A stretch of 32,000 bases of DNA from Nitrosococcus oceani ATCC 19707 (GTDB taxonomy: Bacteria; Pseudomonadota; Gammaproteobacteria; Nitrosococcales; Nitrosococcaceae), in NCBI RefSeq assembly GCF_000012805.1, contig NC_007484.1, positions 360,001 to 392,000 on the forward strand. The letters are read 5' to 3'. Position 1 is the stretch's first letter. Each line of letters opens with the position of its first letter. The notes below the pieces were generated by a model that was not told where the DNA came from, did no database searches, and saw only the letters and a program-made list of their open reading frames with translations. Below, in pieces: positions 10,826 through 19,307 of this stretch. A program made the translations under genes and the position numbers.

Positions 10826-10997
10826 ATATAAGCGGGGGCTAGTTCTAAAATCCATAAGAAGCTCATAATTGAATAAGCTAGAAGGGCCGCCAGTAGAGGC
10901 TTGTGTGAAACGAGTAAAAACTCTGTGGCAGCTTAAGAAACTGGAAATTCTTCTCGATGACGGGGAAGCTGTCACCAACAATGAAACTATAAACGCC

Positions 10998-12104
10998 ATG
11001 CATGGAGCAGAGAAAACGGGACCGGATCTTCATACTCTAGCCGCTGACATCAAGCAATGGGGTTATCAGCTAGGTTTTCAGCAGGTAGGTATCGCCGATA
11101 TTGAATTGGGGGAGGCGGAGCAGCATTTGCTGGCCTGGCTTCAGGCTGGACGCCATGGAGAGATGGACTATATGGCCCGGCATGGTCTCAAGCGTACCCG
11201 CCCCGAGGAGTTGGTTCCGGGAACCCTTCGAGTCATTTCAGCACGGATGGATTACTGGCCCGAGACGGAGGATAATCCTTGGCATATTCTGGAAGATGAC
11301 TCCCGTGGTTATATTTCCCGCTATGCGTTGGGGCGAGATTACCATAAAGTATTGCGGAAACGGCTGCAAAAATTGGCAAAGCAAATTGAAGCGGCTATTG
11401 GGCCTTTTGGTTATCGGGTCTTTAGCGATAGTGCCCCGGTGATGGAAAAGGCGCTGGCAGAAAAGGCGGGACTGGGCTGGATAGGTAAGCATACCAATCT
11501 TCTGGCCCGTGATGTGGGATCATGGTTTTTCCTTGGAGAAGTCTATACCGATTTACCTTTGCCGCTGGATGGGGCAACGACTAGCCATTGCGGAAGTTGC
11601 CGGGCTTGTATTGATATTTGTCCTACCCAGGCCATTGTGGCGCCTTATCAGCTGGATGCGCGCCGCTGTATTTCCTATCTGACCATAGAGCTGCGCGGCG
11701 CTATTCCAGAATCTCTGCGGCCTTTGATCGGCAATCGAATCTACGGTTGTGATGATTGTCAGCTGATTTGTCCCTGGAATCGTTATGCCCAAGTGACCGG
11801 GGAGCAGGATTTCCGCCCCCGCCAGGGGCTGGAGGCTCCTCAATTGCTGGATTTGTTCGCCTGGAGCGAAGAGGACTTTTTATCCCGGACCGAAGGTTCG
11901 GCGATTCGCCGTATTGGGTATGTGGGTTGGCTGCGTAATATTGCCGTGGCCTTGGGCAACGCCGCGCCTCAGCCAGATATCGTTCAGGCTCTCCGTTCCC
12001 GCGCTGATCATCCGTCGCCTTTAGTGCGGGAGCATGTGATTTGGGCTTTGGAGGAGCAACTGCGCAAAAGAGCCGTTCCGGTCCGCCAGGAAAAGAGGGG
12101 CTAA
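10998..12104 (+). CDS. queG: Epoxyqueuosine reductase QueG (4Fe-4S, cobalamin-dependent)
   Basis: Ferredoxin-type cysteine clusters CGSCRACIDICP and CDDCQLICPWN are present, along with C-terminal HEAT-like repeats. It is divergent from nnr and next to orn, as in E. coli. The track ORF begins at TTG 10869. ATG 10998 gives a typical length of about 368 aa. Confidence 0.88.
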   Translation: MHGAEKTGPDLHTLAADIKQWGYQLGFQQVGIADIELGEAEQHLLAWLQAGRHGEMDYMARHGLKRTRPEELVPGTLRVISARMDYWPETEDNPWHILEDDSRGYISRYALGRDYHKVLRKRLQKLAKQIEAAIGPFGYRVFSDSAPVMEKALAEKAGLGWIGKHTNLLARDVGSWFFLGEVYTDLPLPLDGATTSHCGSCRACIDICPTQAIVAPYQLDARRCISYLTIELRGAIPESLRPLIGNRIYGCDDCQLICPWNRYAQVTGEQDFRPRQGLEAPQLLDLFAWSEEDFLSRTEGSAIRRIGYVGWLRNIAVALGNAAPQPDIVQALRSRADHPSPLVREHVIWALEEQLRKRAVPVRQEKRG

Positions 12105-12107
12105 CTT

Positions 12108-12659
12108 TTAATCTGGTAAATGAAGGAAATGGGTTCGATAATAAATCAGTTCCTGGATGGATTCGTGGACATCGGCTAATGCAAGATGAGTGTTCTCTTT
12201 TTTGAAACCCTTAGCGATCCCTGGTGCCCAACGTTTAGCCAGTTCTTTAATAGTGCTAACATCCAAGTTGCGGTAGTGGAAATGGGCCTCCAGTTTTGGC
12301 ATGTAACGGGCGAGAAAACGCCGATCCTGGCAAATACTGTTGCCACACATGGGCGAACTATTGGCGGGGGTATGGCGGTTTAGAAATTCTAGCGTCCGTT
12401 GCTCGGCGGCTGCTTCGCTGATGAGGCTGTGGCGTACCCGTTCGACCAGGCCGGATTTATTATGTTGACGGGTATTCCATTCGTCCATATTGTCTAAAAT
12501 GATGTCTTTTTGATGGACAGCAATCACTGGACCTTCCTCGATAATGTTAAGTTGACTATCCGTGACCACGGTTGCGATCTCGAGGATGACGTCCTGGATA
12601 GTATTAAGGCCGCTCATTTCTAGATCTAACCAGATTAAGTTGCTGGAGTCTTGTGCCAT
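12108..12659 (-). CDS. orn: Oligoribonuclease (DEDDh 3'-5' exonuclease)
   Basis: [13 protein letters not shown] is the ExoI DxE motif, and the C-terminal H-x4-D reads [19 protein letters not shown] 12659 gives 183 aa, the typical Orn length. The track start at 12695 adds 12 residues. Confidence 0.92.
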   Translation of the reverse strand: MAQDSSNLIWLDLEMSGLNTIQDVILEIATVVTDSQLNIIEEGPVIAVHQKDIILDNMDEWNTRQHNKSGLVERVRHSLISEAAAEQRTLEFLNRHTPANSSPMCGNSICQDRRFLARYMPKLEAHFHYRNLDVSTIKELAKRWAPGIAKGFKKENTHLALADVHESIQELIYYRTHFLHLPD

Positions 12660-12735
12660 AAGTTGAGTTGCCAATCGTTGTGAGATAACTTGCACCGCAT
12701 TCTATCAGAAGCTACTCTTCCTCACAGGTTTCAAT

Positions 12736-13992
12736 ATGATCACCATAAATCTCTATAGTGTTCTGTTTCTAGTTTTTCTCGGTTTGATATGGATTTTGGA
12801 AGTCTGGCTGGCGCGCCGCCAGTTTCGCCATGTGCGGTTACACCGGGCTCAGGTTCCTCCCCTCTTTCAAGATCATATTCCACTGGCGGCCCATCAAAAA
12901 GCGGCTGACTATACCGTAGCCAAGCTCCAATTAGGTGTCATTAGCAACGGCTTAGGCGTTGCGATTGTGTTGCTGTGGACCCTGGGCGGAGGTCTAGCAT
13001 GGCTTGATAGTCTGTGGCGGGAGCTGGGCTGGAATGACCTTGGAACGGGGATTGCCGTATTGCTCAGCTTTGTGTTCATCGGCACCTTGCTTGATCTGCC
13101 GGTGAGAATTTATCGAACCTTTGTGCTAGAACAAAATTTTGGTTTTAATCGGACTACGGGGTGGCTATTTTTTCAGGATTTCCTCAAGCAGGGAGCGCTG
13201 ATGTTCCTGCTGGGTATTCCGCTTGCGGCGGGTGCTCTGTGGTTGATGGAACATGCGGGGAGCTATTGGTGGCTGTATCTATGGTTGTCATGGCTAAGCC
13301 TTATTTTCTTGATGATGTGGGCTTACCCTGCCTTTATTGCCCCTTGGTTTAATACGTTTACGCCCCTGACGGATGAGAGCCTCAGACAGCGGGTTGAGGG
13401 CTTGCTAGCCCGTTGTGGTTTTAAAAGCCAGGGCATTTTCGTAATGGACGGTTCGCGCCGTTCCGGACATGGCAACGCCTATTTCACCGGGCTTGGGAAC
13501 AATAAGCGGATCGTTTTTTTTGATACGCTGCTGGAGTCTCTGAATTCGGAACAAATTGAGGCCGTATTAGCCCATGAGCTAGGCCATTTTAAGCGCCGCC
13601 ATATTTTTAAAAATTTAATCATGATGGCGCTGCTTAGTTTTGCTGGGCTGGCCTTATTAGGTTGGCTGAGCGCCCAGCCCGCATTTTACCAGGGTCTAGG
13701 CGTTGGCTATCCTTCTCACTATATGGCTTTGGCCTTGTTTATGTTGGTGGCGCCGGTGCTCACCTTTTTCCTTCATCCTTTCCTGACTTATCTCTCCCGC
13801 CGTTATGAATTTGAAGCGGATGAGTTCGCCGTTAAAATGACTAATGGTCAGGCTTTAGCCCAGGCGTTAGTTAAACTTTATAAAGAAAATGCAGGTACTT
13901 TAACCCCCGATCCCATCCATTCGGCGGTTTACGATTCCCATCCTCCTGCACCAGTGCGTCTAGCCCATCTGCAGGCCCAGGGCGCCCGCTAG
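12736..13992 (+). CDS. M48-family zinc metallopeptidase, Ste24/CAAX-protease-like, polytopic membrane protein
   Basis: 418 aa with multiple hydrophobic helices. The HEXXH zinc motif reads AHELGHFKRRH, and a downstream glutamate lies in FEADEFA. Confidence 0.85.
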   Translation: MITINLYSVLFLVFLGLIWILEVWLARRQFRHVRLHRAQVPPLFQDHIPLAAHQKAADYTVAKLQLGVISNGLGVAIVLLWTLGGGLAWLDSLWRELGWNDLGTGIAVLLSFVFIGTLLDLPVRIYRTFVLEQNFGFNRTTGWLFFQDFLKQGALMFLLGIPLAAGALWLMEHAGSYWWLYLWLSWLSLIFLMMWAYPAFIAPWFNTFTPLTDESLRQRVEGLLARCGFKSQGIFVMDGSRRSGHGNAYFTGLGNNKRIVFFDTLLESLNSEQIEAVLAHELGHFKRRHIFKNLIMMALLSFAGLALLGWLSAQPAFYQGLGVGYPSHYMALALFMLVAPVLTFFLHPFLTYLSRRYEFEADEFAVKMTNGQALAQALVKLYKENAGTLTPDPIHSAVYDSHPPAPVRLAHLQAQGAR

Positions 13993-14118
13993 CGCGGCGT
14001 GTGCCTGGCGTGCTAGAAGTTTCCTTTGTGGGAAAAGTTAAAGGTGCTGCACCCCGGGACCATAGGGGTACCAATTCCACGGGGCCAAATAGTGCAGTTG
14101 GATTTGTTAAAGGTCCCC

Positions 14119-14151
14119 AAAAAAAGGGACCCACCTGGTAGGAGGGTCCCT
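14119..14151 (-). terminator. Rho-independent terminator of the exported-protein gene (possibly bidirectional)
   Basis: The minus strand reads AGGGACCC-tcctaccaggt-GGGTCCCT followed by TTTTTTT (A-run at 14119-14125 on the plus strand). It lies about 55 nt downstream of the TAG at 14207-14209. Confidence 0.6.
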
Positions 14152-14206
14152 TGCTAAAGGGTGTGTTCTTTGTTGGTGTTGATCTTATTTTAATAGAGCA
14201 CTTGCC

Positions 14207-15355
14207 CTAGCGAGCGGGACGCTCCTCAATGACCTCTTGAGGGTCGTAGGCGATAAAGCCATCACGCTGACCGAGCATGTGCAGGGTAGTGCCCGCCTCG
14301 GCGAGGCCATCACTTTCCCCCAACCCGTAGGTGGTGGCCATGACCCCGAGCAGCCCGGCCTCTTCGGTCACAATGCTCTCATCAATGGCGAAGGTTTTGC
14401 GGTTATCAGCACGCTCACAGACGCTGCTCTTCATCCCCCTTACCTTAAAGCGGGCCACATCGGTCTTGAGGCTCGAGGCGGTGAAGTTACGGCCATTGTT
14501 CTGCACCCCATCGAGCAGCCCCTGATGCCAGCTGTCCATGCACTGATAGGCCCCCGTGTATTTGGCTTCCTGCTCGTTCCAGACATTAAACTTCAGCTTG
14601 GTGAAGTGGAACTGCTGGTCCTGGGTCAGGTCCTGATTACAGGAGGCCAGGGTCAGCTCATTGCGATGCACCTGCATGCCCCCAAGAGCGGTCTCGGCGG
14701 GGCTGAAATGGCCGATGAGCTTCTTCGGGCAGGCTTCGTATTCGTTGCCATTGAGGTCCAGTTGACCCGCATCGGCCACCACGCACGCATCCCCATTGCC
14801 CCCGACCAGGCAGCGAAAACCCCAGGCGTTGTATTGATAGGCCGTCCCTTGGGAGGCGTCCACCACCGTGGCGGAGCCGGCCAGATGGTTCCAGCGAATT
14901 TCACTGGCACCCCCGCCATCCACCGCCCAGCATTGCAGCTCACCTGCCGTGTGGGCATTTTCAGGCAACGTCACCCGGCTGGGGGTGGCATATTCACCGC
15001 CACCGAGACCTATCTTATCCAGGTAGTCCTGGTTGGTGGAGGTGGGAAAGGGGGGGACGCTGTAGGTCCCCTCACCATCCCGGGCGCTTATCCAGATGGG
15101 TTGGAACTTGGTCAGCTCAATTTGAAAGTCGGTGAAAAACTTGGTCCCGTTCTTCCAGTAGCACTTCAGGCTCACCGAGTCGGAGTAATCATTCTGGAGG
15201 CGAATAATGGTATTCTTATCCCCGCTCACATCCACATTCGGGAAAACCAATAAGCTGCCTTTCTCGGAGGTGTTGGCCCGGTCCAGGGCCAGGGCGGAGG
15301 TGCTTAACAGGGAGGCGGCCACAACCGCGCTCATCATGACTGTGGTGTGTTTCAT
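14207..15355 (-). CDS. Hypothetical exported protein, Cys-rich, no family recognised
   Basis: The likely start is ATG 15355 (MKHTTVMMSAVVAASLLSTSALA|LDRANT), with AAGGAG 9 nt upstream at 15365-15370. The track start at 15385 adds 10 residues. It has a classical Sec signal peptide with an A-L-A cleavage site, 8 Cys in the mature part, and its own terminator. I could not identify any diagnostic motif. Confidence 0.7.
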   Translation of the reverse strand: MKHTTVMMSAVVAASLLSTSALALDRANTSEKGSLLVFPNVDVSGDKNTIIRLQNDYSDSVSLKCYWKNGTKFFTDFQIELTKFQPIWISARDGEGTYSVPPFPTSTNQDYLDKIGLGGGEYATPSRVTLPENAHTAGELQCWAVDGGGASEIRWNHLAGSATVVDASQGTAYQYNAWGFRCLVGGNGDACVVADAGQLDLNGNEYEACPKKLIGHFSPAETALGGMQVHRNELTLASCNQDLTQDQQFHFTKLKFNVWNEQEAKYTGAYQCMDSWHQGLLDGVQNNGRNFTASSLKTDVARFKVRGMKSSVCERADNRKTFAIDESIVTEEAGLLGVMATTYGLGESDGLAEAGTTLHMLGQRDGFIAYDPQEVIEERPAR

Positions 15356-15503
15356 CAATGTGTGCTCCTTAGCATTCAGTATCATCTTGTAGGCGCGCCT
15401 CCCTGCGCTCTGTGGACCCTGGCCACGCCCTCATTTTCATAGGCGTCTTGTTACCGGGTATCCCATGGCGCTCTCCTTGACATCCCCTGTCTGACCTACC
15501 CTC

Positions 15504-15519
15504 TGCTAAGTTCATGCCA
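15504..15519 (-). promoter_or_regulatory. Sigma-54 (-24/-12)-like element upstream of the exported-protein gene
   Basis: The minus strand reads TGGCATGAACTTAGCA against the consensus TGGCACG-N4-TTGCW. The GG and GC dinucleotides are correctly spaced and there are two mismatches. It lies about 150 nt upstream of ATG 15355. This is a single match found by eye. Confidence 0.3.
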
Positions 15520-15646
15520 AAGGCGCTAAGTCACTGACATATCACACAATAGCTTGCCCCCATCCCCCGGGAACACGCCGCCAACACCTTCCCCCTCTCC
15601 CTTCCTTGTTTCAGCTATGTAACACTTCTCCCCTCCTCGGCTAAAA

Positions 15647-15690
15647 AATACCCTAAATACCCCATCCTTCAAACGCTTAGAAGAATACCC
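15647..15690. repeat. Three direct copies of AATACCC within 44 bp
   Basis: AATACCC occurs at 15647-15653, 15656-15662 and 15684-15690. These lie 130-170 bp upstream (minus-strand sense) of the sigma-54-like element. Confidence 0.5.
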
Positions 15691-15900
15691 CCCCTGTAAA
15701 CTTCTCTACACATAGTTCGGAGAAGGGGTGGCTTGAATGAGATAAGGGGAGGAGGAATAGCCCAAAGAGGGGGCCACCAGCCGCTTAGGTAAGCTCCCTT
15801 CTGCCGGGAGAGGAAGTTTAAGTATCTGAACTCCTATGGGCAGGACCCCCGCCGCCCTGGTGCGAATAGGGCGCTGCAGGGGATGTAGGGCTCGCAAGCC

Positions 15901-15940
15901 TGAAAAGGTAAGCCGCCAGGCAATGCATGCGACTGGCAGC
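15901..15940 (-). terminator. Probable terminator of dam
   Basis: The minus strand reads GCTGCCAG-(13 nt)-CTGGCGGC, an 8-bp stem with one G-U pair (plus-strand arms 15912-15919 and 15933-15940). It is followed by TTACCTTTTCA and lies about 55 nt downstream of the dam stop. Confidence 0.4.
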
Positions 15941-15995
15941 TGTAAAGCACTTATCTTTATAATTAATTCATTATTTTTTCTGATGAAGAGAAAAC

Positions 15996-16829
15996 TTAGA
16001 TAAAAAGTGCAAGGACTTCATTCGCCGGTGTACGCTGAGTTCCTTTGCAACTAATAAGCCGTGTGACGGAAAAGCCCGTTAATTGAGCGTTACGATAGGC
16101 TTGGCGGACAGAGGGAGTATCATGGTTGGAAATTAGAACGGGGATTCCCCGTTTAGCGAGCCGCTGGGCGCTTTGAGTTAATGCCTTCTGTTCCTCGGGG
16201 CCAAAGCCATTACCGCTATAGTGGGTAAAACAGGCAGTCTGGCTTAGAGGGGTATAGGGCGGATCAGCGTAAACGATGGTACCGCGCCTAATGCGAGCAA
16301 GGACTTTGCGGAAATCCAGACAGGTGAACCTAGCCCGCCTAGCTTTGATGTGGAAAGCCATCATTTCCTTAGAGGGAAAATAAGGCCGTTGATAGCGGCC
16401 AAAAGGGACATTAAAAATGCCCGAACCACTATAGCGGCAAAGACCATTGTAGCCGTGGCGGTTTAAGTACACAAAGAGGGCCGCTTTCTCTGCAACATCA
16501 GCGGTGGTATTAAAGCGGGCTCGCAACCTATAATAAGCTTTGGGAGTATTATTATGGGGGGTAAAAAGGCAGCCTGCATAGTGAATAAATTCCTTACCTT
16601 CCTTTTGAAGGATTTGGTAAAGTGCAATGAGATCGGGATTGATATCATTAACCCAATAACGCTCATATTCCGCGTTGAGAAAAAGGGCTGCCGATCCGGC
16701 AAAAGGTTCGATGAGACGCTTTCCTGGAGGAAGCACAGAGATAATCCGTGTTAAAAGGCGATATTTATTGCCTGCCCATTTCAGGAAAGGGCGTTGGTAA
16801 CCTCTTACTGAAATGCTGTTTGGTGGCAT
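15996..16829 (-). CDS. dam: DNA adenine methyltransferase, Dam (GATC-type, D12 class N6-adenine MTase)
   Basis: 277 aa, colinear with E. coli Dam by recall. Matching motifs are FLKWAGNKYRLL, IEPFAGSAALFLN (AdoMet binding), YLNRHGYNGLCRY, FNVPFGRY, YADPPYTPL (the DPPY catalytic motif) and VLISNHDT. Confidence 0.92.
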   Translation of the reverse strand: MPPNSISVRGYQRPFLKWAGNKYRLLTRIISVLPPGKRLIEPFAGSAALFLNAEYERYWVNDINPDLIALYQILQKEGKEFIHYAGCLFTPHNNTPKAYYRLRARFNTTADVAEKAALFVYLNRHGYNGLCRYSGSGIFNVPFGRYQRPYFPSKEMMAFHIKARRARFTCLDFRKVLARIRRGTIVYADPPYTPLSQTACFTHYSGNGFGPEEQKALTQSAQRLAKRGIPVLISNHDTPSVRQAYRNAQLTGFSVTRLISCKGTQRTPANEVLALFI

Positions 16830-17086
16830 GGCAATTATTGGAAGCGGGCGGAATAAGCCATTAGAGTTTTATGATAGCCAATCTCAAGTTTGCTCCTCTG
16901 CAAAACTTCATTAGTCCGGCAAATTCGCGCCTTGAGATAGCAATAATCTCTGGCAATGATTTTTTTATGGCAGGGAGGGCCTCTGTCGGTTCGACTCTTT
17001 GTTTGGGAAGGGTGATGGTATTTCCAAACCTTCCTGGCTCTTAGACGACGCCGTTAAAGAGATAGCAGTGCGAATTAAACGGAAAT

Positions 17087-18079
<993 letters not shown>

Positions 18080-18130
18080 TGGTAAACCTTAGATATTACG
18101 CGTAGTCATTAAAGAGGTAAAGGAGAGCGT

Positions 18131-19204
18131 ATGCGCATAGGTATCCCGCGAGAGATCAAGACCTTGGAAGGGCGGGTTGCTTTAGTACCCGAAGCGACGG
18201 TGGAACTCGTGCAACAGGGACATGAGGTGTTTATTGAGCGTGCTGCGGGCGATCCGAGCGGTTATCCTGATGCAGCCTATCAGGCAGCCGGGGTTACTCT
18301 TCTCCCTGATGCTCGCTCTCTTTATGATACTGTAGAGCTCATCGTCAAGGTTAAAGAGCCAATAGGCCCGGAGTTGGAACTGCTCCGGGCTGACCATTTA
18401 TTATTCTCTTTTCTGCATTTAGCGGCGGAACCGAAATTAGCCCAGTGCTTGATGGAAATTGGCTTGACGGCCGTAGCTTTTGAGACCGTGGCAGTTGGCG
18501 ACGAATTGCCGCTATTGATACCCATGAGTGATATTGCCGGTCGTTTGAGTATTCAAGTTGGCGCAACCTTACTACATAGATCCCAGGGAGGGAAAGGCTT
18601 GCTGCTAGGTGGACTCCCTGGAGTCTCTCGAGGGCGGGTAGTTGTTTTAGGAGCGGGGACGGCTGGACGGAGCGCTGTTGCAGTTGCTGCGGCTTTGGGC
18701 AGTGAGGTTATTGTATTTGAGCGCCGCCGTGACCGATTGGCTCAAATGTATCATCTGGGTCAAAATGTAACGGCCCTTTATCCTTACCAAGAGAAGCTGA
18801 AAGAAGCCATTGCGGACGCGGATTTGCTTATCGGCGCGGTATTGCAAGCTGGAGCTCGAACGCCGCGGTTGGTGAGTGCGGAAATGGTGCGTAACATGCG
18901 GCCAGGCAGTATAGTAGTAGATATTTCTGTTGACCAAGGGGGGTGTATTGAAACTACCCGCCCCACCACCTATATCGAACCTACCTATATGTGGGAGGAG
19001 GTAGTCCATTTTGCAGTGACGAATATGCCCGGTGCCGTGCCCCGTAGCGCATCTCAAGCATTATCTTCAGCACTTTTGCCCTATGTGCTCATTTTGTCCC
19101 AAAAAGGCTGGGAAAATCATCCTGCGCTGGCGGCGGGAATCAACATTAAGGCGGGAGTGGTGGTCCACGCTGCGGTACAGGAGTCCCTTGCGGCCAGCAC
19201 CTAG
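18131..19204 (+). CDS. ald: Alanine dehydrogenase
   Basis: 357 aa. The N-terminus reads MRIGIPREIKTLEGRVALVPE. Other motifs are PMSDIAGR, the Rossmann motif VVVLGAGTAGRSA, VDISVDQGGC and NMPGAVPR. AAGGAG lies 6 nt upstream of the ATG. Confidence 0.9.
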   Translation: MRIGIPREIKTLEGRVALVPEATVELVQQGHEVFIERAAGDPSGYPDAAYQAAGVTLLPDARSLYDTVELIVKVKEPIGPELELLRADHLLFSFLHLAAEPKLAQCLMEIGLTAVAFETVAVGDELPLLIPMSDIAGRLSIQVGATLLHRSQGGKGLLLGGLPGVSRGRVVVLGAGTAGRSAVAVAAALGSEVIVFERRRDRLAQMYHLGQNVTALYPYQEKLKEAIADADLLIGAVLQAGARTPRLVSAEMVRNMRPGSIVVDISVDQGGCIETTRPTTYIEPTYMWEEVVHFAVTNMPGAVPRSASQALSSALLPYVLILSQKGWENHPALAAGINIKAGVVVHAAVQESLAAST

Positions 19205-19276
19205 CCCAGGTCGACGGGGAGAAAGGAGAGATAGTTATGTGTATGGAGCGTTACTGCCCTTACGGTAATAGGGCTG

Positions 19277-19307
19277 TTTCCTGTTAAGTTTCTGATTTTC
19301 CTGTTAA
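19277..19307. repeat. 11-bp direct repeat TTTCCTGTTAA x2, 20-bp period, upstream of ftsK
   Basis: Exact copies lie at 19277-19287 and 19297-19307. The spacing equals two helical turns, which fits a protein-binding site. Confidence 0.5.

Noticed and set aside
10778-10999. A 73-aa minus-strand ORF, and the TTG-10869 N-terminal extension of queG, in the nnr/queG spacer
   Set aside because: The minus-strand ORF reads through the perfect 9-bp terminator stem and has no recognisable features. The 43-residue queG extension is TTG-initiated and would make QueG atypically long. ATG 10998 is preferred.
14237-15253. A 338-aa plus-strand ORF, the longest 'extra' ORF in the track
   Set aside because: It is exactly antisense to the signal-peptide-bearing gene at 14207-15355. 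Its product is Gly/Leu/Pro/His-rich and motif-free, with no SD-ATG context. Long stop-free antisense frames are expected when a GC-rich gene avoids TTA, CTA and TCA codons. I treat it as a shadow ORF.
15540-15800. Possibility that the C-rich and G-rich arms form one long hairpin or inverted repeat (e.g. a mobile-element end or a large structured RNA)
   Set aside because: Pairing outward from the centre gives only a 6-bp core, CTTCTC (15701-15706) / GAGAAG (15720-15725). Beyond that there are only low-complexity CCTCC/GGAGG matches that need large bulges. No extended complementarity is present.
15706-15897. A 63-aa minus-strand ORF in the non-coding islet
   Set aside because: It is TTG-initiated with no SD. 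Its sequence is Pro/Leu/Ser-rich and low in complexity (…PLPAEGSLPKRLVAPSLGYSSSPYL…). It simply reflects the G-rich strand bias of the region.
15386-15995. A GATC cluster (Dam-dependent phase-variation switch) upstream of the orphan gene
   Set aside because: I found no GATC at all in this 610-bp stretch, so a pap/agn43-style Dam-regulated switch is not supported.
16988-16997. GGTTCGACTC, resembling a tRNA T-loop, in the dam / trxB spacer (a possible tRNA or att remnant marking an island border)
   Set aside because: The flanks cannot form a T-stem (GTCGG against CTTTG). No acceptor or anticodon arms can be drawn, and no direct-repeat copy was found at the other side of the islet.
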